DNA of 64,000 nucleotides, taken from the sequence record PX969468.1, one strand, 5' to 3'. Source of the DNA: a phage. The number at the start of each line of letters is the position of its first letter. Position 1 is the first letter of the stretch. A program made the position numbers and the translations under genes. This document shows positions 47,710-55,931 of the stretch, piece after piece. The notes under the pieces are model-generated. The model saw only the letters and a program-made list of their open reading frames with translations, ran no database searches and had not been told where the DNA came from.

Positions 47710-48157
47710 TACTGTAAAGGGAGATTTAATCTCCCTTTTTAAGAGCGGTGCTGGTCACCTAATCCACGGTTGTAACTGCTTCCACACAATGGGTAAGGGC
47801 ATAGCAAAACAGATTGCCCGTGAGTTTCCTCAAGCATTGTCAGCCGACAAAGAGACCAGACACGGTTGCCTAAGTAAACTGGGTGCGTTCTCCCGATGGG
47901 AGCACTTATCTCCGAGAGGTATTGTCTACGGAATCAATCTGTATACTCAGTTCTACCCAGGGCCTAATGCTGAATATTTCTCAATCCTGAAAGGCTTTGA
48001 GCTAGTCAATGAGGTATTCGAGGGATCGACTTTACCATTCTACATCCCTAAGATCGGATGCGGTATAGGCGGTTTGAAGTGGGAGCACGTAGAGGACGTT
48101 ATTAACCTCGCCACTTTTGATATAGATATTATCGTGGTGGAGTACAAAGAGTGTTGA
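47699..48157 (+). CDS. Macro-domain protein (ADP-ribose binding/hydrolase-like)
   Basis: GDL..HGCNCFHTMGKGIAKQI resembles macro NAAN..GGGV..AI; IPKIGCGIGG resembles second Gly-rich motif; GTG start. Confidence 0.6.
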   Translation: MIIDTVKGDLISLFKSGAGHLIHGCNCFHTMGKGIAKQIAREFPQALSADKETRHGCLSKLGAFSRWEHLSPRGIVYGINLYTQFYPGPNAEYFSILKGFELVNEVFEGSTLPFYIPKIGCGIGGLKWEHVEDVINLATFDIDIIVVEYKEC

Positions 48158-48213
48158 CAGCTGACTTTTGAGATGGTATAGTCACCACAACGATTGAGAG
48201 AGGGAGCACCACT

Positions 48214-48414
48214 ATGGAGACTAAAATCTTAATTCTGGCTGTGATAGATACGACCGAAGGGGCCGTGTTCGAATCTGCAGGAGGGTATTTCTACCTGCCC
48301 TACGGAAAAATAACTTCCGAACCGAGTAAAGATTCAATCCTTAAAGTGTTCCCTTGTGCTTTCTGGCTGGAGATTCTGGTAGAAGATTGCAGAGGATTGG
48401 GGAGAGAATTATGA
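48214..48414 (+). CDS. Hypothetical protein (66 aa)
   Basis: RBS GAGGGAG; ATGA overlap with next gene. Confidence 0.4.
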   Translation: METKILILAVIDTTEGAVFESAGGYFYLPYGKITSEPSKDSILKVFPCAFWLEILVEDCRGLGREL

Positions 48415-48605
48415 GAAACAAGAAAGAGCTTTACTCTGGCGAGTGGATCAACGATCAACAGGTCGGAGAGGTAACCTGCTTCCGGTGTTTTACTCGGTAC
48501 AATCTTAAAACTGCACCAAAAAGTGTTCCAAAGACTGACGGTTATTACATAAAAGAACCTCATTGCCCAAAATGTAAATGCCGATTGTACTGGAGCAATC
48601 TATAA
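48411..48605 (+). CDS. Zinc-ribbon protein (64 aa)
   Basis: CFRCF ... CPKCKC. Confidence 0.45.
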   Translation: MRNKKELYSGEWINDQQVGEVTCFRCFTRYNLKTAPKSVPKTDGYYIKEPHCPKCKCRLYWSNL

Positions 48606-48668
48606 GAGGTTGACATCTGAAAACTGCAGTGTATAGTATACACATAAACTAACAGAGAGCGATGTATT

Positions 48669-48860
48669 ATGGTAATTTTTAACCGGGATGGTATCATAGT
48701 TAGACAGCACCCGTTCCTTGAATACTATCAAATTGAGCAATGGTGCTACGGGGATTGCAGTCACTCTTATGGGCAAAGTTGGGGATATCGCACAGTTTTT
48801 GAATCAACAGACCTTGACAAAGTAAGACAGAAAGTTTTAGAACTTATTAACAACAAGTGA
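48669..48860 (+). CDS. Hypothetical protein (63 aa)
   Basis: ORF. Confidence 0.4.
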   Translation: MVIFNRDGIIVRQHPFLEYYQIEQWCYGDCSHSYGQSWGYRTVFESTDLDKVRQKVLELINNK

Positions 48861-48870
48861 GTATCGTGCC

Positions 48871-49203
48871 ATGGTAACATTGGAAAGACGTAAAGCTATC
48901 GCCGCCACACTGGCAGACATCTTTTGGGATTGCAACTTAAAAGATACTCGAAATTGTGGCGCATCTGTAGATGTATTATTCCCACGGCCCACCATTGTTG
49001 CAATGGGAAACCTGCTCGATGTGGTATATGGAGCATGGGACAAGGAAGGTGGATTCTATATCTGGCAACCTGACTACGGGACTTGGAAAGAGGTTAGTGG
49101 TTCTTCGGACTTCACTCCTGCAGTGGCTAAAATGGATAGCTGGAAAATCTATGTCGGTAACGACATGGAACTGAAAGGCGAAATTGTTTACTGGTTACCT
49201 TAA
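48871..49203 (+). CDS. Hypothetical protein (110 aa)
   Basis: ORF. Confidence 0.45.
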   Translation: MVTLERRKAIAATLADIFWDCNLKDTRNCGASVDVLFPRPTIVAMGNLLDVVYGAWDKEGGFYIWQPDYGTWKEVSGSSDFTPAVAKMDSWKIYVGNDMELKGEIVYWLP

Positions 49204-49224
49204 GAAAGTCCAGGAGATAAAGTT

Positions 49225-49470
49225 ATGAACAAAGGGTGGACATTTGTAGACGGCGTTAAAAACATGCCTCTAGGAAAGTATATTGTAGCCATGGCAGATG
49301 AGAATGGCAATGTGGATTTCGGAGCTTGCGAGGTTGTTCTTGCAGGATCTGGTAACTATGTGGACAAAACCGGGATAATTAACGGTCAGTTCTACTTTGA
49401 TCACAACCCTGTTGTAGCGTATATGGCTATGCCAGAGTTCAAGTTCCCAAAGGAGGGTGCAGATGTTTAA
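49225..49470 (+). CDS. Hypothetical protein (81 aa)
   Basis: RBS CAGGAGA. Confidence 0.45.
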   Translation: MNKGWTFVDGVKNMPLGKYIVAMADENGNVDFGACEVVLAGSGNYVDKTGIINGQFYFDHNPVVAYMAMPEFKFPKEGADV

Positions 49471-49660
49471 GCTTAAATCTGCATGGAACATCGCTGTGGG
49501 GGACGAGATCCGTATCCCAGGTGGAAAGACCATTATGAAGATATCTCGTATCGAGTACGAAGGTGATCGTGTATTTCATATCTTTGCAGAGGATGGTCGA
49601 GAAATTTATATACAGGCAGGCTCTCACATCTATATTCGTAAGAAAGGGGACGACAAATGA
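49463..49660 (+). CDS. Hypothetical protein (65 aa)
   Basis: ATG after AAGGAGGG. Confidence 0.4.
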   Translation: MFKLKSAWNIAVGDEIRIPGGKTIMKISRIEYEGDRVFHIFAEDGREIYIQAGSHIYIRKKGDDK

Positions 49661-49983
49661 CAGAGATCATCGTTTCAACTGCAGGGTATGTATTCCTGAC
49701 AATCATTGCGCTGGCTATTCTGGTGGCGGTGTATGGATTTGTTATCCTGCCCATTCTTGAGACATTTAGTTTGTGTCGGTGTTGGAGAAAAGCTTACGGT
49801 CCACAACCATGGAAGGACTGGCCCCACCTGGTGCGCTTAGCGTTCTCTTATGCTTACGATCACTCCAGCAGTGCATGCATAACCGGATACCACGCCCACA
49901 ACTGGAGCTGGGAAGGGTTGAGGAAATGGAATGTTACAAAGACCATACCTCTGCGCATGTACAAAGGAAAAAGGAGGGATTGA
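49657..49983 (+). CDS. Small membrane protein (108 aa)
   Basis: N-terminal TM helix (YVFLTIIALAILVAVYGFVILPIL). Confidence 0.45.
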   Translation: MTEIIVSTAGYVFLTIIALAILVAVYGFVILPILETFSLCRCWRKAYGPQPWKDWPHLVRLAFSYAYDHSSSACITGYHAHNWSWEGLRKWNVTKTIPLRMYKGKRRD

Positions 49984-50627
49984 TGGGGATACCTGTTAAA
50001 GACAGAAAAATATGTGGTCGTGGAGTAAACGATTTAAAAGACAAAGTCCCAATGTACCAATCTGTTAATGGTAAGAGAGTACCAGAACCTCACTATGCTA
50101 CATGGAAAGCATTATTCCAGAGGTGCTACGGCGATAACTCAAAGTACCATACAGGTTGTGAAGTTGTAGAAGATTGGTGGTTGTTCTCAGAATTCTGGAA
50201 ATGGATGGATACACAAGAGTGGAAAAGAGACGCTAAGAAGTTCACTCTTGACAAAGACCTGAAAATCCCCGGAAACAGAATATACTCCCCAGAAACATGT
50301 ATGTTTGTTCCACCACAAATAAACACCTTATTTGGCATAAGACAGGCAGCACGAGGGGATTTACCTTTGGGTGTGACACTTAGAAAAGATGTAAACAAGT
50401 ATCTCGTGCATTGTCATCAAGATGGAAAAATTGTTCATGGTGGTCATTTCGATGATCCGCAGATAGCACACAAGGTGTGGCAAGAAATGAAACTTGAGGA
50501 GATGAAGCTTCAAGCTATTAAAAACAAAGATGAGATTTGGCTGTTCGCCATTAAACGTGCAATAACTATCCTTGAGAATGATTTGAAAAATAATAAGGAG
50601 ACTATAACATTGGTGAAATTTATTTAA
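49983..50627 (+). CDS. Homing-endonuclease-associated DNA-binding/HNH-like protein
   Basis: ATG after AAGGAGGG; YATWKALFQRCYG..YHTGCEVVEDWWLFSEFWKWM motif common in phage HNH/AP2-type proteins. Confidence 0.45.
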   Translation: MGIPVKDRKICGRGVNDLKDKVPMYQSVNGKRVPEPHYATWKALFQRCYGDNSKYHTGCEVVEDWWLFSEFWKWMDTQEWKRDAKKFTLDKDLKIPGNRIYSPETCMFVPPQINTLFGIRQAARGDLPLGVTLRKDVNKYLVHCHQDGKIVHGGHFDDPQIAHKVWQEMKLEEMKLQAIKNKDEIWLFAIKRAITILENDLKNNKETITLVKFI

Positions 50628-50639
50628 GATATTTATGGT

Positions 50640-51250
50640 GGTATTTATTTTAAAATTATAAAAATTTTAGGTGATGAGGGAAAATATGTAATGGATTTTC
50701 CCTTATTTATCAGATATTTGCAGATATTTGGAAATCCTTAGAAAATCAGAAAATGGATCGAAAACTAAAATGGATTTTTCAGAGTAGGCGCGACAAGCTG
50801 AATAACTCATCCTATCGTTTGCACCATATTCCAGGCCACCATTATAGATTTCCCACACATGCTAACCTCCCTCTACTAGAACTTCCTCCACTTACCCTTG
50901 ACCTTCTATGGTAACAATCTAACCACTATCTTGAAGTTGCGGTGCAGCTTTCCAGGTACTCGATCTACTTTTCATTTCAGGGCTTGGATTTTCTGAAAAT
51001 TTTTCTCGATAAATTTCTCAGTACTCGATCTGTTTTTCGTTTTCTGAATCGGATTTTCTGGAAATCGTTCCGGATCTAGGCCTGAAATTTTTAGGGACGA
51101 AATCGATTTTTCGTTTTCAGAAATGGATTTTTAAAATTTCTATATGGGAATATTTTAGTGGATACTATTTTATAGGAAATTGTTACGGAGGGTAATTAGC
51201 GTGCTAATTAAATTTATTAAATGCGAGGAGTTCTCATTTAGAATTTTGAA
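50640..51250. repeat. AT-rich non-coding region with short direct repeats (origin-like)
   Basis: AAATGGATTTTTC / GGATTTTCTG copies, tandem CAGATATTTG x2, GTACTCGATCT x2, GATTTTTCGTTTTC x2. Confidence 0.6.
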
Positions 51251-51278
51251 TGATAATCATTCTCGTTTGCAGAATAAC

Positions 51279-51308
51279 GGGCAGGCCCGGTGATTGTCTC
51301 CCGGCCCC
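51279..51308. repeat. Left copy of 25-bp inverted repeat GGCAGGCC(C/T)GGTGATTGTCTCCC
   Basis: Matches reverse complement of 61065-61089 at 23/25 positions; partial third copy at 51419-51437. Confidence 0.7.
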
Positions 51309-51675
51309 TACTGCCCCGGCTTGTTATTATAGTAACACACAGGACAAAGAAAGCAAGAAGTTTTTGCATAAATTTTTAGACGATAATGATAATCGTTCTC
51401 ATTTCATGCAGCGCCCATCCCCGGTGGTTGTCTCCCCCGTCACCGGTGCCTGCCGTCCTTTCGATATGTATATTGTGCCACCTGGCGGGGCCGCTGTCAA
51501 CACTTTTCAAAAAATTTTTTCTAACCTGATGCGCTAACCGCTGCAACCTGGCGGGGCCAGCCTGGCAGGACCTAACTGACCAGGTAGGGGAGAATGAAGG
51601 CTTGCAAACCTGGTGGGCCTATGCTATAGGATAGGTAACAATTGAAGAGGAGGTACAAAAAATGAAAGGTAATAT

Positions 51676-51840
51676 ATGATCCCCCTGGAAAATGTAGCTA
51701 TTAATGACACTGAGGCTATCGCCCTGGTTGAAAAGGCTATGGCGGGAGCGTTGGAACATAAAGAAGAGTACGAAAAAATGATGGTTAACCTGGCAGGGGC
51801 GGCGGCTGGAGAATTCTACCCAAAAAATAATTTTAACTAA
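51676..51840 (+). CDS. Possible small protein (54 aa), below ORF-track cutoff
   Basis: ATG after GGAGG and a 5-codon leader mini-ORF. Confidence 0.3.
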   Translation: MIPLENVAINDTEAIALVEKAMAGALEHKEEYEKMMVNLAGAAAGEFYPKNNFN

Positions 51841-51843
51841 TGG

Positions 51844-51872
51844 TTGACAGCTCGGACAGTTCTTGTTATTCT
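51844..51872 (+). promoter_or_regulatory. sigma70-like early promoter
   Basis: TTGACA, 17-nt spacer, TATTCT. Confidence 0.55.
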
Positions 51873-51925
51873 TATCCTCGCAAGGTGAACAACACCACAC
51901 CAATTAACAGAGAGGATAAAAAATC

Positions 51926-52123
51926 ATGAACGCCTACGGAATTAAAGTACGTCGCAACACTCGCCAGGTGGTCACCAATCAAGTGATTTGCCGGGTGGAT
52001 GTAACCATCAACAACGGGCAAGGCCTTTATAAATTTCGTCGCGGTCATAGCTATACCCTGCAGCAGCTTAACCGTTGCGCCCTGACAAAAGGTCAGATCA
52101 ACCACTGGTTTAATAAAAAATAA
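51926..52123 (+). CDS. Early-region small basic protein (65 aa)
   Basis: RBS AGAGAGG; own promoter. Confidence 0.5.
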   Translation: MNAYGIKVRRNTRQVVTNQVICRVDVTINNGQGLYKFRRGHSYTLQQLNRCALTKGQINHWFNKK

Positions 52124-52136
52124 ATATTGACACGTA

Positions 52137-52165
52137 GTCTGACACAAAATATACTTAAATCACAA
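52137..52165 (+). promoter_or_regulatory. sigma70-like early promoter
   Basis: TTGACA, 17-nt spacer, TATACT. Confidence 0.65.
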
Positions 52166-52187
52166 AAGACACTAAGAGGATAAAATC

Positions 52188-52586
52188 ATGAAAACTACAA
52201 CCTTTAATTTTGACAATGCCGACTTCTCTTTTTCTGATGTTAAGAATTGCCGCCGTGATCGTGGATTTTACAAGGCTTATAATCTGGTTGGCCTAGACGA
52301 TGATAATAATTTGCACGAAGTAGCGGAGATCCGGTACTATGCCGCCGCCAGCGGTAACACTAACTACTGCGTTTTTTGGATACACGACAACAAGAATAAT
52401 AAGTACGGTTATACTGGTGGCAAGGCGAGCGGTCACGGTTATGATAAGGCCAATGCAGCACTTGAGAGCGCGTTAAATGCTATGGGGATCACTGCCAACG
52501 GCTGGATCTATGAAGATGAGTTTTTGTCAGCACTTGCTGCCCACCTGGGGTATAAAAAGCACATTGTGACATGCGCCCACGAATAA
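52188..52586 (+). CDS. Early-region protein (132 aa)
   Basis: RBS AAGAGGA; own promoter. Confidence 0.55.
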   Translation: MKTTTFNFDNADFSFSDVKNCRRDRGFYKAYNLVGLDDDNNLHEVAEIRYYAAASGNTNYCVFWIHDNKNNKYGYTGGKASGHGYDKANAALESALNAMGITANGWIYEDEFLSALAAHLGYKKHIVTCAHE

Positions 52587-52597
52587 AAAAAAAATTA

Positions 52598-52654
52598 TTG
52601 ACACGCTGCAAAATTAAAGTAAACTAGACACAAAAGGCGGGAATGTTTCCCGCC
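52598..52654 (+). promoter_or_regulatory. Early promoter plus 5'-leader GC hairpin
   Basis: TTGACA-N16/17-TAAACT, then GGCGGGAA-TGT-TTCCCGCC hairpin, CA-rich spacer, SD, ATG 52675. Confidence 0.55.
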
Positions 52655-52674
52655 AACACAAAGGAAAAAAGATC

Positions 52675-53070
52675 ATGAATAAGAACGTACGCCGCATCAT
52701 GAACGAACTGGCAAACGATGAAAAAATTATTGATATGCATTTGGTAAACATTTGCCGCCGTTGTGTAACATATAACAACCGCGCCGCAAAAGCGCGTGAG
52801 ATGAACGCAAAAGGCACCTTAAAGCCCTTTCAGGTGGTTGTAAAATCTATAACCAGTGCAGCAGGCCAGGCGCATGACCACAACAACGGGAGCACTAATA
52901 TTGATCCGTCTTACGTAATGAAACGGATCCGGACTTGCAAGAATAAAGAGCAGGTGTATAACGTCATAGATTGGCTGGACTCCCTGGGCGATGTGGTTTA
53001 TAATAGGTTTTCTGCAGCTATCGAGATCCAGCTTGACAGACTGGACGGGAAAGTACTGAAAACTTACTAA
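52675..53070 (+). CDS. Early-region protein (131 aa)
   Basis: RBS AAAGGAAAAAAG; own promoter and leader hairpin. Confidence 0.55.
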   Translation: MNKNVRRIMNELANDEKIIDMHLVNICRRCVTYNNRAAKAREMNAKGTLKPFQVVVKSITSAAGQAHDHNNGSTNIDPSYVMKRIRTCKNKEQVYNVIDWLDSLGDVVYNRFSAAIEIQLDRLDGKVLKTY

Positions 53071-53082
53071 GTTTATTTTTAG

Positions 53083-53119
53083 ATGGCCTTGACGCCAGGG
53101 CCATCAATAAAGTAAACTA
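53083..53119 (+). promoter_or_regulatory. Palindrome-embedded promoter element, copy 1
   Basis: GATGGCC-TTGACGCCAG-GGCCATC with -35 TTGACG in the centre and TAAACT at -10. Confidence 0.6.
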
Positions 53120-53149
53120 ATCCCAGTTAAGCTAAAAGGAGGCTTGAAG

Positions 53150-53269
53150 ATGAGCACTACACGCCAGCACACAAAGGTAACTATTATCGTTTGCATCATT
53201 GGTTATATCCTGGCGCAAATGTTGATGGGTAGCGCCAACGGTGTCGCAAAATTTTTCTTAAACTTTTAA
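53150..53269 (+). CDS. Possible small hydrophobic peptide (39 aa)
   Basis: ATG after AAAAGGAGG immediately downstream of palindromic promoter; TM-like core. Confidence 0.4.
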   Translation: MSTTRQHTKVTIIVCIIGYILAQMLMGSANGVAKFFLNF

Positions 53270-53324
53270 TTGACAAGCTAACTTAGATCGGTATACTAAA
53301 CACATCAACGGGAAAACTTCCCAG
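53270..53324 (+). promoter_or_regulatory. Early promoter plus 5'-leader hairpin
   Basis: TTGACA-N16-TATACT, then GGGAA-AAC-TTCCC hairpin. Confidence 0.6.
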
Positions 53325-53347
53325 AACACACAAAAGGAGAAAACACC

Positions 53348-53689
53348 ATGACCACTATGACCGCCGCAGAAAAAGCTATTCAGATCGCTGCCCTGAAAAA
53401 ACAGATCGCAGACCTTGAGAATAAGATCGATAACTTTGAAATCGACGAGGACAAGTACGACGAAAACTATGATGAATGGTTAGACGAGATCTACGGCGAA
53501 ATTATGATCGGAAACATTTCTTTTCTTCCGTCGCGTATCCTCAAGGAGCTAGATCCTATCGCTTACCGCTGCGGATTTAGCGACTACATCGACAGCCTGG
53601 ATATTGAGGACGATGAAGAATACCAGGAATTACAGACAGAGTTGGAAGAAGCAAAAGAAGAGCTTGCGGAGCTGGAAGAAAACGAGTAA
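53348..53689 (+). CDS. Early-region highly acidic protein (113 aa)
   Basis: RBS AAAGGAGA; Asp/Glu-rich throughout. Confidence 0.55.
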   Translation: MTTMTAAEKAIQIAALKKQIADLENKIDNFEIDEDKYDENYDEWLDEIYGEIMIGNISFLPSRILKELDPIAYRCGFSDYIDSLDIEDDEEYQELQTELEEAKEELAELEENE

Positions 53690-53702
53690 GATTATTTTTA
53701 GA

Positions 53703-53738
53703 TGGCCTTGACTCCAGGGCCATCAATAAAGTAAACTT
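53703..53738 (+). promoter_or_regulatory. Palindrome-embedded promoter element, copy 2
   Basis: GATGGCC-TTGACTCCAG-GGCCATC then ATAAAGTAAACT. Confidence 0.6.
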
Positions 53739-53778
53739 TATACTGTTAACACTGAACTAATGCATAGGAGTTAAAACC

Positions 53779-54024
53779 ATGGCAGCACTAATCACTAAAT
53801 ATTACGCCCCTACCAACACCAAAAGCGCCCGTATCATGGTAAAAGGCTTCGGACGTAAAAAGGTTTACACCTGGGATTATGCCTTAGACATGGAAGACAA
53901 CTACACCAACGCGATGACAGATTTTATTAATGAGCTGAACACGCGGATCTTGACAAATTATAAAATTACCGATATTGCCTATATAGGGGAAGGCGGGATC
54001 TGTTTTGTCGGTATCGTCAAATAA
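53779..54024 (+). CDS. Early-region protein (81 aa)
   Basis: RBS TAGGAG. Confidence 0.5.
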   Translation: MAALITKYYAPTNTKSARIMVKGFGRKKVYTWDYALDMEDNYTNAMTDFINELNTRILTNYKITDIAYIGEGGICFVGIVK

Positions 54025-54100
54025 ACTGTTTTTTCGGTGGTCCTGGTAGCAGGGCCATCTATAAAGATAGTTTATCAATACAATGAAAGGAGAAAGTAAC

Positions 54101-54454
54101 ATGATCAGTGGGGCAAGTTTTATTATTGGCGCTATTGCTACGGCTTTAATTGTAAACAAGATCCAATCTAAAAACGAAAAAGAGAGCAACGCGCTCACAG
54201 AATACCCATTTTGGATATTCAACGACAATGAAGACTACATTATCAAGTACAAGAATGAGAAGGGCGACCAGGTAACACCGCGACCGATCCCGGCCTACAA
54301 GATGCAAGAAACACTATACCGCCTAAAGGCTGGAGGCGCAAAAATCGTAGACTTTTGGGGATATGATTGCAAGGATCAGGAGGTTATAAAACGGCGTATC
54401 CGGGCTATTCAGGCCAATATTGAAGTTAGCAAGGGGGGAATATATGAAGATTAA
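54101..54454 (+). CDS. Early-region membrane protein (117 aa)
   Basis: ATG after AAAGGAGAAAG; N-terminal TM helix. Confidence 0.5.
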   Translation: MISGASFIIGAIATALIVNKIQSKNEKESNALTEYPFWIFNDNEDYIIKYKNEKGDQVTPRPIPAYKMQETLYRLKAGGAKIVDFWGYDCKDQEVIKRRIRAIQANIEVSKGGIYED

Positions 54455-54641
54455 TTTTGAGAAGATTGTAAAGCGATCTCATGATTCCGAAGAGCTGCCG
54501 GAACGCCGCCAGCGTAACAATAAACTGAATAAGCCAAAAAGATTTGGGAAGATCTGGCGGAATCATTATGATCGTAAATTGCCGGGCCTCCTTTTGGAAC
54601 GTGAACGGCAGGCGGAACGATACCGCCATAAAGACAAATAA
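54444..54641 (+). CDS. Early-region small basic protein (65 aa)
   Basis: ATG after AAGGGGGGAA; Arg/Lys-rich. Confidence 0.45.
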   Translation: MKINFEKIVKRSHDSEELPERRQRNNKLNKPKRFGKIWRNHYDRKLPGLLLERERQAERYRHKDK

Positions 54642-54659
54642 CAACCAACGCCCCGCCAT

Positions 54660-54689
54660 CGTGCGGGGCTTTTTATTTCTACCCTACGA
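54660..54689 (+). terminator. Intrinsic terminator
   Basis: CCCCGC-CATCGT-GCGGGG followed by CTTTTTATTT. Confidence 0.7.
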
Positions 54690-54884
54690 ATAGCGCCCCT
54701 GGTTGGCCCCACAACGCCAAAAAGGCCCCACCTATGCAATCGCCCCCCTTTAACCTGAAAACATCGCTTAGGGCCGTTTTATGGCGTTAAAAATATCATT
54801 GACAGTGATTTTATTTAAAGCTTGACATCTAAAATATTCTAGATATACTAATCACATCAAAGCGAGAAGTAAGGAGTAAACGCC

Positions 54885-55145
54885 ATGCGTAAATTAAAAA
54901 ATTTTGATAAAGTTGATATTGTCCTGAATAATTTTTACTACTGCAATAACAAGGCCGTTTGGTGGCGTGATAGTTCCACCGATAAAGTCAAGGCGCGCTT
55001 TCTCCAGGGGCACTGGCAAGGCCGCCCAGTGATTAAAATCATGGGGCAATTGGTAGCGTTTAAAAATTGCCGCCGTGTTGATGACGTTGAAGAGATTTTA
55101 AACATTTTGCGCCACAATAATTTAAAAAATAGTGTTGACAAGTAA
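54885..55145 (+). CDS. Early-region protein (86 aa)
   Basis: RBS AAGGAG; promoter-like TTGACA-N16-TATACT at 54827-54856. Confidence 0.5.
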   Translation: MRKLKNFDKVDIVLNNFYYCNNKAVWWRDSSTDKVKARFLQGHWQGRPVIKIMGQLVAFKNCRRVDDVEEILNILRHNNLKNSVDK

Positions 55146-55191
55146 ATCTCAATAAGTATAATTAAAAACACAGGCGGGAAAACTTCCCGCC
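55135..55191 (+). promoter_or_regulatory. Early promoter (overlapping upstream stop) plus leader hairpin
   Basis: TTGACA-N16-TATAAT, then GGCGGGAA-AAC-TTCCCGCC hairpin. Confidence 0.65.
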
Positions 55192-55219
55192 ACTAACAAA
55201 GAAAACAGGAGAAAATATC

Positions 55220-55843
55220 ATGACCACCGTTAACATTACCACAGGTTACAATTTAGCTTTCGACGTGCTGACCGACGAACAAAAAGAAAAAGCCGTGGAA
55301 ATGGTCCGCGAAAGAGAAGAACACAGCGGGGATAACTTTTTTGCAGAAAGTGTAATTGAGTACTATAAAGAATATATCTTTCCAGAGTACGGCCTTGAAG
55401 ATACCGATGTACATTGGTCAGGCTTTTGGTGCCAGGGTGACGGCGCGTCAATCAGTGCGGAAAACGTGGATTTAGAAAAATTCTTGCGTAAAGTCAAGTC
55501 TCTGACTAAATTCCGCTCAATTCGTCACTTGTTCGGCACAATGCACGATGGCGAGTTATCCGCAAGTGTTGAGCGTGATCCATATAGCCGCTATAGTCAC
55601 GAAAACACTGTAAACGGATACATCGATACTACATGGCTAGACCTGACCACCAAACAAGAAAACAAAGTGGAAGATCTGGAAGAGCTGATCACCGAGACGG
55701 TACGGGAGTTATCCCGCAAGGTTTACGTAGACCTGGAGGAAGCCTATCTTGAACAATTCACCGCCGAAAACTTGATCGGCCTTATCGAGGCCAATGATTG
55801 GCGGTTTGATGTCGATGAACACGGTGAGATGACTTTTTCATAA
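55220..55843 (+). CDS. Early-region acidic protein (207 aa)
   Basis: RBS CAGGAGAAAA; own promoter and leader hairpin. Confidence 0.55.
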   Translation: MTTVNITTGYNLAFDVLTDEQKEKAVEMVREREEHSGDNFFAESVIEYYKEYIFPEYGLEDTDVHWSGFWCQGDGASISAENVDLEKFLRKVKSLTKFRSIRHLFGTMHDGELSASVERDPYSRYSHENTVNGYIDTTWLDLTTKQENKVEDLEELITETVRELSRKVYVDLEEAYLEQFTAENLIGLIEANDWRFDVDEHGEMTFS

Positions 55844-55931
55844 ATAAAGTGTTGCAATAACCTAAAAACCTGCTATATTAAAACTCAAGGGGCAAGACGT
55901 TTGCCCCACACAAAACAAAGAGGTAAACATT

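Noticed and set aside
51250-51537. 95-aa ORF (+), and 174-aa ORF 60619-61143 (-), both containing the peptide TGRPGDCLP
   Set aside because: The shared peptide is a translation artefact of the 25-bp DNA inverted repeat (51281-51303 / 61067-61089). Neither ORF has an SD, the first lies in a repeat-rich non-coding region, and the second overlaps a better-supported + strand gene (60668-60979).
53083-53106. Palindromic elements E1-E3 as intrinsic terminators of the upstream genes
   Set aside because: The T-tract precedes rather than follows the stem on the + strand and no U-run follows on either strand; a TTGAC hexamer is conserved in the loop, which points to promoter/operator function.
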